A stretch of DNA of 64,000 bases, taken from Tricharina praecox. Lineage: Eukaryota. A program made the position numbers and the translations under genes. The DNA lies in assembly GCF_024521635.1 (NCBI RefSeq), contig NW_026250448.1, forward strand, positions 1 to 64,000, written 5' to 3'. Of the stretch, positions 40,312-52,830 are shown in pieces (within the stretch, counting starts at the first letter, position 1; the number at the start of each line of letters is the position of its first letter). The notes under the pieces are model-generated. The model was not told the origin of the DNA and made no database searches. It saw only the letters and a list, made by a program, of their open reading frames with translations.

Positions 40312-41484
40312 CTCTATTCTAGAGTTACGTCAAGCTAGAAAGGATACGTGATCGGGTACCATCCCTGCCGTTGGGAGCGAAGCTTGATAGCGCTCATAGG
40401 TATCTCCGTAAGAGGTGCCCTGCCTCGAGTTCGGTATGCTACTCTAGTTGATTGCGAAGTACTCCCGCACGACATCCTTGGGCCGCATCTTTCGATTTCA
40501 GCGATCACCGTCTCCATTCCTGCTGCCGCGGTAGTGGCCAGCGGGTAGGATATACGGACAAACGTAGTTGCCGAGGAGCGTGGGCTGGGAGGATTACTGC
40601 ATCATCAACGTCGCCATTCTCGCCGCGCAGTCGATTCCGCTGCCGATATCCGCGTGCCCGGACGTCCGAGCGGGTACGGAAGATATGTGTGCGGGATGTT
40701 TCTGCCGCCAATCCATCCGAATACACAAGGTGCTTCTCCTCCTCCTCCGGTGGCCTCTGTTTATCTCTCCATGCGCCACCGCGTCTGACCACACACGCAG
40801 CACACCGTCGGCGCGCATATTAGCTACTACTACTGGTACTGCATCTCGCTCGGCTCTGCACGCGCCTCTCTCTTGCCGCGACTTCTTCTCCCCGCTTCCT
40901 CGCATATTGGGCGCTTCATTGCAGATCATATGCTAGATTATGGTCGGACTAGGCTGAGGGCTTGAAGATAAGACGCTTGTTCTGGTGAGAAGCCAGGGGC
41001 AACGATGAGAACTCAGAAGCCACAAGTTGGGCAACAAAGGCTGCTTATGCGACGATATATGCGACGATGCAAAGGGACAAACAATAGAGAAAGAACAAGT
41101 TATTTTGGATTAGGCATAGATACCAGAACGTATCCCACAATATCAACAGAGCAGTCGGCGGTACTCGATGGCGGTTGGAAAGTGCTATGGTGATATGAGT
41201 ACAGGGCTGACTGATTAATGAGTGACCCAACCATTCAAAGATTTCCCGTAGCAGATCCGAGCTATCGCTGTTGGAGGCGCAAACCGCTCCTCACGATTGG
41301 CTCGGTTAACTATCCGTTAAGCTAAGCTAAGCTTCGCCGGGAAAGCCACAGCAGAGCACTAGCCACGAGTAGCAATCTCGAGCGAGCGAGTGATAGCTAC
41401 CCCTATACTCCGCGTGCTTATAACCAGACGTCGTCGCCCCCCAAAGAAACAACTTCTCGCTCGCACAGCAAACAGTATCACACC

Positions 41485-41997
41485 ATGCACCTCACGCACC
41501 TCACACTCGTCCTGCCGGCGGTCCTCCTTTTCGCCGCGCTCAGCGTGGCGCAAAAGCCCGAGAACCCGTACTCTCCCTTTCCCCCATCCGTCCATCCCAT
41601 CAAGTAACACCGCTGACTCCCCCGACGCAGTAAACGCGACGTTGCAGATCCGGCGCCGATCGTCGCCGCCTCCGACGACTATTTCGCCGAGTACGCGCGG
41701 GACCACGCCAATCGTGGGACGTCATACCGCCGTCGCGGCACGTGCGGGAAGGGACGCGGACGCGGGGGTAGGGGTGGTGGGGGCGGGACTGGAAGGGGCG
41801 GATTCACGACTACTACGGGAGAGGCGCCGCCGACGGAGACGGAGGCTACCGTCGAGCCGACGGAGACTACCACTACTACCACTACCACTGATACTGATAC
41901 TGCGACGGTCGAGCCCACTGAGACGGCCACTGATACTGCGGTGCCGACTGAGACTACGGGCGGCGGCGGCGGCAGGGGAAGGGGACGCCGTAGGTAG
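41485..41997 (+). CDS. Small secreted protein with dibasic sites, Arg/Gly-rich and Thr/Glu-rich segments
   Basis: Signal peptide MHLTHLTLVLPAVLLFAALSVA; intron 41568-41630; ...NPKR..SYRRRGTCGKGRGRGGRGGGG..TETTTTTTTTDTD..GGGGGRGRGRRR*. Confidence 0.75.
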
Positions 41998-42501
41998 ATG
42001 ACTGTGGAGGCGAGGTGGCGGTGGGGATGTAATTGCGAGGAATAATATACTGGCACTGACAATTTTGGTCATGGAGCGGTGGTGCTGGTAGTAAGACGTA
42101 CGGTGACGACGAGTAGTGGCTGCGGAGTACGATGTCTGAAATCGACTACACACGACCGAATCGTATAGGAGGTTCGCGTACTAAAGCCCATTGACCTCGA
42201 GCTGCTCCCTTATTACTTTTGTTAGTCGTATGGCGATGTTTGCGCTGCCACTGACCGCTCCGGACTTCCCGATACCTGTAATGATTCAACGTGCAAGTAC
42301 CTATAAGTACCAAGGCCACTTCCCGGTCTGGGCGGTGAAAAGTACAGTTCACACGCCGTGTCCAGATATCAACAGCGGGCAGTCGTAAAGATCACATACC
42401 GGTACGTCCGTGTATCGGTCGAGTTATTGGCGTGCTGACGGGGAGCTTGTCCGTTCCCACCACTGTATAAGCATCGAATTCCTGTATCCAGCACGGAAAA
42501 A

Positions 42502-42597
42502 ACCCCACGTGGTCTAATGGTCACTAGTCAACTTCTATGCCCATGCAATGGGTGAGGGGAATCGAGGGGAAGCTCCGTGTTAAACCCGGTTGAAAGA
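42502..42597 (+). pseudogene. Possible degenerate tRNA relic (Arg-TCT-like, with intron)
   Basis: A-box-like GTGGTCTAATGG, CTTCTA loop and degenerate T-arm CCGTGTTAAACCCGG; stems are poor. Confidence 0.25.
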
Positions 42598-42825
42598 CCT
42601 TTGTATTCAGATTTTGGGGTTTCCGGTTTCCGGTTTTTGTTTTTGTTTTCGGGTGACGGAGGGAGTACAAGGCAGATATCACTCGGTGATATCACGTGAC
42701 ACCCCTTACGCTAACTACCGGCTGTGGAGTCGGGAATCCACGCAGTGACTGTACTGTAAATTACACTAAATGCGAAAGTCACATCTTTGATACATTCATG
42801 TTCGTAATGAACTGATCAACGCGAT

Positions 42826-43045
42826 AGAGGAGTTGTCAGTCGGCGAGCGGAGGAACTGTCGGCGAGCGGAGGAGCTGTCGGCGAGAGGAGGAACTGTCGG
42901 CGAGAGGAGGAGCTGTCGGCGAGAGGAGGAACTGTCGGCGAGAGGAGGAGCTGTCGGCGAGAGGAGTAACCGTCGGCGAGAGGAGGAGCTGTCGGCGAGA
43001 GGAGTAACCGTCGGCGAGAGGAGGAGCTGTCGGCGAGAGGAGGAA
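42826..43045 (+). repeat. Minisatellite, ~19-20-bp unit (GAGGAGGAGCTGTCGGCGA), ~11 copies
   Basis: Seen directly. Confidence 0.95.
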
Positions 43046-43101
43046 GTGAAGGATGACTCAGCCTTCAGGCTGCCGGCAGGAGAAAACGAATGTGGTTAGT
43101 A

Positions 43102-43601
43102 AAGTACCCTGACAAAAAGGATTGGACAAAGCCCGTTTTACACCAAAAATGACCATTTTCATGCAACCAAAACAGACCCTCTACCGGTCGAAAAAAAATC
43201 GTCTCTTTCACAGAAGCGTCAGAATCACAAGCTTCTTCATCATTAAAAACTTTGAAGACTTTCCTCGCGGACTGGGGCTGTACGACGTTGTATTGTGCAG
43301 GAGTTGAAAAGTGACATTACATCTTGTATGTAATAAAAAAAGAGAAAGAGAGAAAGAGAGAGAGAGAGGGGCTCCCATACAAAAAGCTACTTGGCAACCA
43401 TAAACTTTTGCCCCGTATGGTATTGCTCCAAAACAACAGTTCAGAACTCCGTGAGGAGTTCCCATATCGTTGTCGGTGTAGTTACAGAGGTCTCCTAATG
43501 GTCTCTGAATTTTTTCGATACGTTGTGGTTGTATCGGTGGTTGAAAATGGCCATTTTTGATGTAAAATCGGCACTGTCCAATCCTTTTTGTCCCAGTACT
43601 G
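43102..43601. mobile_element. Tc1/mariner-type MITE (500 bp) with ~70-bp TIRs
   Basis: Left AAGTACCCTGACAAAAAGGATTGGACA, right TGTCCAATCCTTTTTGTCCCAGTACTG; TA on both flanks. Confidence 0.85.
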
Positions 43602-45194
43602 TAGTAGGCATCAACGGTGGTGAGAACTAATGTTTGCTGGCACGGCAAGGTCCCATTGTTCTTCTTCTTCTTCTTCTTTCTTGATCATCATCCCTCGAAT
43701 AGACGGTCAACCCCTATCTTCGCTATACCCTCTGTGCTCCCCCTTCACGCCTGTCGGCCTGGAGTGGCGGCAAGGAGCCCTCGCAAACCGACATCCTGGC
43801 TGGCCATGGCCCGTAGGAGAACTAGCCAATCACGAACGACTCTCCACGGGCAAAGTCGAGGCCAACCCTGCGGAGCTGCACGCACGTAGCTCGTATCCGA
43901 ACCACTGGCACTGCTACGCTTGCACTGGGTACACGACGGCGGCCGGACGCCATTCGTCGAGGCTGTGAGTATTCGATGACCGTCCGAGACAGCGGTCAGG
44001 TGGAGTTGAAGAGGACAGTACTCCGCGGAAACGTGGTTCTAGCCCCTCGATTAGGTCCCGCGAAACCATTGGGCGCACGGCTGGTACAGGGGCGATTGGC
44101 AGTTGCTCTGTTTCCTCGAAGCTCCTCCGACCTGCGCGAATCCGACCCTGATCTCCGTTACCATGCGGGCGGTATGGTCGCTGCTGGGTTGTCACTTCAT
44201 CGTGCACTTAACAGTCGACCAAGCCCAAAGAACCACACGTAACTGAAAGCACATCGTTGGATATCAACTCTCCATGTATCATACCAGTGCTGACACACGG
44301 CCTTCACCGTCTCAAGCTCGCCATCCGCCACGCGGGATAAACCACGATGCTACGCGCTACGAAACACCATGCCGTGATCCATAACGATCGAGCGTACACG
44401 GGCCAGTCACAGATCTGCACGGAAGTTATCATGGTCATTGACGATAAGATCAAACGGAAGCGCCCAGCCTCAGGTCTCGCGCATTACCCCGCACCAACCC
44501 ACAGCCCACTGTGCTTCTGCACGTGTCTGCAAGGCGCGGCGTCGAACGTGCATGCCATACATATGCTGCACAACGCACGCTGGGATCGGGGAAACTCCGA
44601 CTTGCGTCCGAGTGACTCATGTACACATCGTATTTGGTATGAATGTCCCATCCGCCATCCTCTGCCGCGGCCTCGACTAGCATATGTGGGTCGTCGAACG
44701 CACGTATTTCGGCATTGACGTGTCCCCTCAAGACGACCGGAGCTCGTATGTACGAAGTCTGGACATGCTGTTGGTCGGAACTTTGCACCGTTGTCGGAAT
44801 CCAGATGCGCGGATGTACTCTACATCTCATGTATCGTGCGTGATGCACCAAAGGCACGCAAGTGATGCGTGAGCTTCTCCTTTTTCTACGTGGGGACCAA
44901 TCGCGTGCACGCTGGCATGGTAGCGGAGGAGTACTAGAGTTGATACCTACTGACAACTCTCTTCGGGTGTCCCGGCCGGTACGATAAATCTACTTAAGTG
45001 TGGCCAGGAGAAAAGTTTTCCCAACAGTCAATAGAAAACTCGCTCACCAACCCGCACAAGGGATCGTTGTTCCTCACATGACGCCCCATCTCAATCGCTA
45101 TCTCCGGAATTAGCTGCCAGTAAGGAAGCATACCGCCGCCACCGCCGTCACCACTGTCCCCATTGAACGAGGAGCCTGTGGTCTCGACGGGAGA

Positions 45195-48100
45195 ATGCAG
45201 ACAGACTTCGAAGAGGTTTGGGACCCACGTACGATGTTGGGCAGATGTCAATACACCCTCAGCACATTCGTCGAGAAAAAAAAACCCGGATTGCGCGATT
45301 GTTTCTTTCCGCATGAGAATTTCGGCGAGTATGTGTCCAGAGGCGCCCGTATGGTCGTCGAGCTACAGCTGCGAGGCTGTCCCCTGGAGCTTGCCCACGA
45401 GTTTGCCGTTCTGGTCCTGTACGATCTAGTCATTCTGGTTGGTAAGTGAGGCTGTTGCCCTCTCCCCTAGGAAGACGGACTAACCGGTCCCCCAAATCGA
45501 TCAGACGACAGTCATTCATTGCTAGAAGAATTCGACGGTAATCAAACATCGACGTTGCGGACAGTGTTGAGGGCGGTCTCAGAAATCTACGAGCTGGCAC
45601 GCGAAGAGGGAATTCTGTCCGTCCGATATCTCAATTCTCGACAGGGTCAGAAAAACGTCACCACGGAGAAGGTAGATAAGATAGTCGCCAATATTCGGTA
45701 CCACGGTCTCAGCACGGTCGGCACACAACTGCAGCAAAAGGTCTTGGAGCCATTCGTGCAGCGGAAAACGATGACCAGGCCTTTACTGGCAATGGTCATA
45801 ACCGACGGCAATGTAAGCTCATCGTGCCCCACGCTGTGATTGGGTGCTGACCTAGTTCCAAGATTGAGGGTGAGAGGAGGGGGACTCTAGAGAATAACAT
45901 CCTCAACTGCCTGGCCAGGCTACAAACCGATCCGGAAAAGACAGAGCATGGTCCGTGTATTAGATCCCACAACCCCGAACTCGATTCCTGACCTCTTCAG
46001 CTGTCGCCTTCATGTTTGCAAGAATCGGCGAGAACCGAGACGGCGAGGCCTTTTTGGCGACGCTGGATGACCATCAACAAATCGGCAGGTGGATTGATAA
46101 TATACCCGGTGGGTTGATATGCATCCGTTTGGCGAATTCTACTGACTTCTGGATGAAGTGGACTGCCACCTAGAAGATATCGCTGGTAGTGGTCCATCGC
46201 ACTGGTTGGTGGTATGTCTCCTGTTCCTCCACCCCCTCCGAGCTCCCCGTGCCGTCCAGCTAAACAAACATTACTACTAGCTCCGAAGGCTTCTTCTAGG
46301 AGCTGTGCTTCCAGAGGTACATCTCCGTATTATGCTTGAAGCGCAGAAACTTCATCTGACGGTGACCAGATTGACCATCAGGACGATGACCAACCGCGCT
46401 TTGAGGACGATGAAGACGACGACGAGGGAGGGAATAAAATGAGCCCATATGGGGAAGGTAACCACTGTGACGACGTCGAAGACGACGATAGCCGGTCGTT
46501 GAGCACACGCCGTGAAGAGGAGGATCTCCCACACGTCCTTCCGACTAAACATCACACCTCGAGCATCAAAGAGGAGGACAAATATCGCCATCCACCACTG
46601 CGCTCAGCAAGCCCAGCACATACCGCTCCTAGCGATGTTTCGCCATCACACGGTACCGCCGCAGACCATCATGCCTGCGATGCGACGGGGCCGTCCACGG
46701 GGCCACCGGAAGTGGAGAACAATCCTCCCCAAGGGCTAGCAACCCACCACCCAAACGCGCCTCCGAGGGAAATCAACGAAATCTCCCGAAGCCCAAAGGA
46801 TTGCTGTCTATTGCCCCCCAGGGATTTACCAGATGCCCGCATCAGGCATCTCGATATCCGACTAGCACCGCGACTAGACAACTTTCACGTGGCGTGGCTA
46901 GAAAGAGAGAAAAATCGCTGGGTAGAGGAGGAGGGCATCACGGAGCAGCACAGGGACAATCTGATGACGAGCGTTGGATTCCGTCAGTATTCAGCTTTCG
47001 CAACCTGTCATATCCCTAGACCTACTGACAAAGACTGCAATGTACGGTAGTCTTCTCCGTCCCGGGCATGGAAAGTCGCGAATGTACCAGTAGCAAGCGA
47101 GACATACAGGATGTCTACCTTGTCCCCATCGGTGCCGATTTTCCCTCCCTGGTCGTGGAGTGCGGTGGGTTGCCGGACAGGCAGGAAATGATTGCCGACA
47201 TGCGAGACTGGTTCAGAAAGGGCCATGGCAAGGTGGTGAAAGTTATCCTCATGATTTGGATCATGCTGCCGGAGGCCATCATGGGGGGCCGTATCGAGGC
47301 CTATGACTTCGACCACGTGCAGGACCGAGAGATCCTTGTTCGGGAGTGGGTACGTGCGAATTCGCGAAAGGGTGCGGGAGGCCTGGAGGATTCAATTCGT
47401 GCTGACCATTTTTCCGCTAGGTTTTTCTACCGGAGAACGATCGGTCGCGGTCGCAGTCGTTACAGATGACTCTGGGCGACCTATACGGAAACAGAGCGAA
47501 GGAGCTGTCGGAAGCCGAGAGAGGCATCATAGTTTCGATATTCAAGCACGACTTTTGCGACGAGGCTGCCAGGGCGATCGGGTCGTCGGGTCTTCATATC
47601 CCGGACTGCAACGATGCGCTCTGGCAATTCGAGCGCGGCGGACGGAGCAGTATTGAAACCACCGGTGACGAAGGACGAGGAGGAGGAGGACATGTCAATT
47701 CACACAACATCACTGGAAGTCACAATACGAGCTACGACTACTCGCGCAACCAATTGAGCAACGATTACTCCAGCAGCAGTAACAGCACCACTACCAACTA
47801 CAGGATCAGGATCATGAAAGCTGGTGCCAGTAGACTCGCCCCCAAGATCGGAGTTTCTTTTCCGCGCAGTGGCGCCAGGAACATTGCCAGATCGCGAGAC
47901 GCCAATCGACAAGACGCCATTAGAAATCCTAGTACGGACCTCGTCCCGCCGCAAGATGTTAGTTCACTCGCCGCCAATGCGAACCGCAGGATGAGCGTCG
48001 ACACCTTGGAAGCGGAAGATTCACCGGCCGTCGCGCCTCCGGAGAGGGACAGGGAAACACTGGGGAGCGTGAACGACCTACCTCCGCACATCCATGAAAT

Positions 48101-48255
48101 TGTATGTTACCCAGTAGTAGTATCAGTGATGGGGGGCGGGTGGCTGACATCAGTAGGCTTCGCAGGCAGCCGTAAACAGCAATTTTCTCGCCGCTTTGAT
48201 GAACTGGTTTTGGTGGGCGAAGGAGGCTTTATGGAATTGTTGGCGGCTTGAATGA
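45195..48255 (+). CDS. vWA-domain protein fused to a Uma2/PD-(D/E)XK-like domain and an N/S-rich motif (9 introns)
   Basis: All nine GT-AG introns keep the frame; MIDAS DDSHS, TVGT, VITDG; later SKRDIQDVYLVPIGADFPSLVVECG..MIADMRDWF; start codon and last exon less certain. Confidence 0.75.
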
Positions 48256-49039
48256 GAAGGTCGTGGATGGGACTTGCAATAAAATCAGTATTTCTCCGAA
48301 CCCATCCAGGTGTGAGTCGTGTCGACTCTCCCACTGCAGAGTGGCCATGTGGCTACCAGCCACTCTGTAATGCAAACGCAGCCTCTAGTGGCAGCTACCA
48401 GACGCGTATGTACATCTACATCTTGTTATTCCTATTGGGGGCCATACGGGGACCACTCGTCGAGCCCAATGAGGCGAGAAACGACAAGGAGCCAAGTGCT
48501 TAACCCGTGACTTTCACGCGATTTGGACGTGATCATGACGTGATAACAAGCAACATCGTCACGAAGCCCCCGATTATGGTGTTCGCCTTATGAAAGAGTA
48601 GATACGGTACCCGCTGTGTAAGGATCGGCTGTCGTTATGCATCTTCCTAGGCACGTATGCACGTATCTATACAGCCCGATGAACTCTACGAAAAAAATGG
48701 CTGTATGCCTGATAGTTAGTCATGCGTATTCCTACACTCGCCGCTTGGCGATTGCAACCAGTAGTCAAGGCCTAAGTCGCGTGGATGCGTGAGAGAAAAT
48801 GTTCCGACCGGATGGATTCTCACTTGTCTTCTGATAGTAGGGCACCACCGCCGGCGCGGTTGCAACGGAAGAATAGCAGTGGATCACTAAACATGGCGGA
48901 CAGAATACATTGCCGACCTCAGAGGATAAAGAGGGAGTACTACTGAAGGTATCCACCAACAGTGGAAGCAAGTAAGACTAGTCCCCAGCAAAACGAGCTC
49001 AGTTCACAGCTAATCACCCGCGCGTCGCGAAAATCACAG

Positions 49040-49266
49040 TGTCAAGAAAAGTGGTATCGCGAGATAGTGTATTGAGTATCAGACACGGCAGAGAGGAAGG
49101 TATATATACAGAAAGGCTCGGGGATACCTGGGATAGAGGCCCCACGCCGCCGCTCGGCACCTCCGTGTGAGAACGGATAACGGAAGTGTCTCGACATAGC
49201 AAGTGATCGTTCATGACCCGGTCCGCGGAAGTGACGCGGTACACGGAAGTTCGTGAGATTATCACA
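49040..49266 (-). mobile_element. Solo LTR, same family as 411-627
   Basis: TGTCAAG...ATTATCA(CA) termini; CACAG on both flanks if the end is taken at 49264; high similarity to 411-627. Confidence 0.8.
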
Positions 49267-50290
49267 CAGGAAATTTTTACGACCTTTTACTTTCCACAAT
49301 TTCTGGCTTAGGGTCCGAATGGAAGACCGAGGTAAGCGGTAATTGGTCGTGGGAGAACTTCGCCAACGGCGTGAAAGTGCAGAGGATTGAGGAAATCATC
49401 ATCAGTCACTCATGCGTGACTAATAGGGTCCAGCGACTTCCGCTTCCGTTTAGCGCCAAAACGCTGGAATCATTCTGGTTGGATTTGCACACCAAAATAC
49501 CGCTTGTGGGGAGCTCGATCGAGAAACGACGATCTGGCCAAAGGATAGATTGGAGGAAGAAATCTAAGAATTGAATGGTGTCTGAAGATTCAGCTGCAAA
49601 GTTCAATTCTCTCATGAGAAGCTGGTGATGTCGGTGGAAGCGGTGGTTTCGCGCATTCTGGGGCGGAGAATGCCGAAAACCCCACGCCCCAGAAAATCCC
49701 TCAGCACTCACTGTAGCTGCACCTACGGCAATAAAAAGGATTTTAAAATAGTTTTGCTTGGATATGGAGAGTATTGTTGGTTTTAATCGTTTTGGTATTT
49801 GAATTTGGTGCGAAGCTGGGTTGTGGACTGGAACACCATCAACTCGTCTTTGTTGTTTCCGGCGGGCCAGAAAACACCTATGTAGGTTCCACTTGCTTAC
49901 ACGTTGACGTGTCCTCCGTTGCGGCGGTGCTCGAAAACTCCAAGCCAATCAACTGACACCGTCGGCAACTGTGCTTATTTATAACTGGATGGAGGCGTTA
50001 GATGAGCGATGGTTTCATGCACGATCCGGAGGAACTCATAGGTGTGAAGTGTACTCAAGTTTGCTGGGGGATTAACACCGACCCAGTAGCCCGCCCGCAG
50101 GAAGAGGCTTCATAGCTGAGCCGTATACACTATCTAGTAGGTTGATCTGGAGCACTTAACTAGGGCCAGGGGACCTCTTGCTATTGCAATCGAAAGCCAC
50201 CTGAACCGCCATCTCGCCGCGCGAATCCTACAAACCACGGCTAACTCACGCTCTTCCACGGAATCGCACCTGCCTACTCCGCCCGCAACT

Positions 50291-52830
50291 ATGACCATGG
50301 CCGTGGAGCAACGCGCTGCAAGGCTCAAAGAATACGCGGCGCAGTACAAACCCGGTCTGCTCACGTGCTTTCCGGGCAGCTTCGCTGCGTACGCGCCCAG
50401 AGCCGTGACGATGATCGAGAAGCTCGTCAAACGCAGATGTCCCCCGGAGATTGCCGAACAGCTTGCGGTCTTGGTGCTTTTCGATCTGGTGCTTTTGCTT
50501 GGTACGTACCTAGTTTGTATCGCCGAACTGGCCACGCCGAGAAGAATAGGGCTAAGCTCGCCTTTCATCAGACGACAGTAGCTCGATGGACGCCGAGAAT
50601 GGTGGCAAACGTGAAGAGACGCTATTCAGAGTGTTGGGAACGGTCGCGGATATCTACCAGCTGGCCCGCGAGGAGGGAATTGTGGCCATCCGGTTATTTA
50701 ATACCCGCGAGGGGTGGTCGGATGTCTCTCGGGATAAGGTTGAGGAGCTATACGCCGGCATTCATTACTACGGTGTTAGCATGATCGGCACACAGCTGCA
50801 AGAAAAGATCCTGGAACCGTTCGTCGAGAACAAAAGGATGGAGAAGCCTCTATTGACCATGGTCATCAGCGACGGCAAAGTAAGCTCATCATAGTCCACC
50901 CTGGGACTGTGCTAACCACAGTTCAAGATCGAGGGCGAGGGAAAGGGCCTTCTGAAGAGAACCATATACAACTGCCTCCTGAGGCTCCAAGCCGGTCACG
51001 AGACAACGGAAGACGGTCGGTACAACGATTCTGATACCTGAGACTGATATCTGACTGTTTCAGCCGTCGCTTTCTACTTCGCACGGATTGGAGGAGATGC
51101 AGGTGCCAAGCAGATTATAGAGCTGGAAAACGACGATGCAATGAGATCTTGGGTTAACTGTCTACCGGGTAGGTTCGAATGGGCTTGGCTTCGGGGAGGT
51201 TTTGCTGACCTGTCGATCGAGTGGATGCGCGGCTGGAAGATATCGGTGGCGGTGAGCTAGCTCATTGGACTGTGGTAAGTATCTCTTCCTTCCCCGGGTA
51301 CTTGGTGTTATGACTCATGAAGCAAATAATTTCTACTACTAGGTCCAAAAGCTTATGCTTGGAGCCCTATATTCGTCTGTCAATCCCGACGGTAACCCGG
51401 AAGCTCTGTCGTCTCCTAGGTTATTGCCAATCATGCCGGACGGCGGCTCTACAGCCATCGCTGATTTTCGGTATCGCTCGACCGGAAACTCGAAACTGGT
51501 CCAGCAATTGCACATCGCTGCAAGGAAAGGCGATTCTATTGCTGTTGCGCTCTACATAGAAAAGCTAGGAGTCGACAAGGACGCCGAGGATGATGAGGGT
51601 ATGACTGCGCTGCATCATGCCGCGAGTGCTGACAGAGTTGATACCGTCCTATGGTTGGTGATCTCTGGAGCAAATCTGGAAGCTAGGTCTACGCGTGGCG
51701 CATCTCCGCTGCATATTGCTGCTTCAAATGGTCACGTGGACACAGTTCAAAATCTGCTTAGCCGCGGGGCGGACATGGAGGCGACGAACGATAAAGGCGT
51801 AACTCCACTACACAGCGCGGCACGGAAGGACCATGCGGACACTGCTCGGAATCTCCTCGACCACGGCGCGAATATTGAAGCCAAGGACAGTAGAAATCTC
51901 TCTCCGCTAAATAAAGCTGCAGCCCGTGGCAATGCAAACACTGCACGGCTTCTGCTCGACCGCGGCGCTGACATCGAATCGAAGAACGATGAAAACTCAT
52001 CTCCATTGCACTTCGCTGCAGCGCGTGGCCATGTCGTTATTGTACGGCTTCTGCTCGACTACGGCGCGGATATCGAATCGAAGAACTATGAAAACTCATC
52101 TCCATTGCACTTCGCTGCAGCGCGTGGCCATGTCGTTATTGTACGGCTTCTACTCGACTACGGCGCGGACATCGAATCGAAGAACTATGAAAACTCATCT
52201 CCATTGCACTTCGCTGCAGCGCGTGGCCATGTCGTTATTGTACGGCTTCTGCTCGACTACGGCGCGGACATCGAGGCCGAGAATAATGACAGTGCTTCTC
52301 CGCTGCTGCTTGCTGCATGGGAAGGGCAAGCGGAAACTACAGATAATCTTCTCAAGTGGAACGCAAAAATCGATGCCATGACGAATCGTAATGCGTCAGC
52401 ATTACACTGGGCTGCATCACGTGGCCATGTCCAGATTGTACGCATTCTGCTAGACCGCGGCGCCGACATCGACGCCGTGTCAATGAACGGCTGGACTGCG
52501 CTACACGCAGCTGCGCGGGACGGCCATATCGATACCCTGGAGATTTTGCTTAGCCACGCCGCGGATATCGAGGCGACGAACGACGAAGGCTTGACTCCAC
52601 TACACAACGCTGCACGGAAGGGCCATGTAGATATTGTGCGGAATCTGCTTAACCGCGGCGCAAAGATCGAGGCCAAAACCAATGGTGGCGCATCTGCACT
52701 ACACTGGGCAGCATCGAAAGGTCATGTCGACGCCGTACGCCTTCTGCTAGAGCGCGGTGCGCATATCCGTGGCTTGGCCAATGCAAGCCGCTCCATATCG
52801 CTGCGCACCACCAGCGCCGACAACAGATGA
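50291..52830 (+). CDS. vWA-ankyrin repeat protein (5 introns, 13 in-frame ANK repeats)
   Basis: MIDAS DDSSS and VISDG; exons splice into the 51355 ORF; repeated xPLHxAA..G..LL..GADI units. Confidence 0.88.
51964..52260 (+). repeat. Three near-identical 99-bp ankyrin-coding units
   Basis: Units start at 51964, 52063 and 52162 and differ by only a few bases. Confidence 0.95.
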
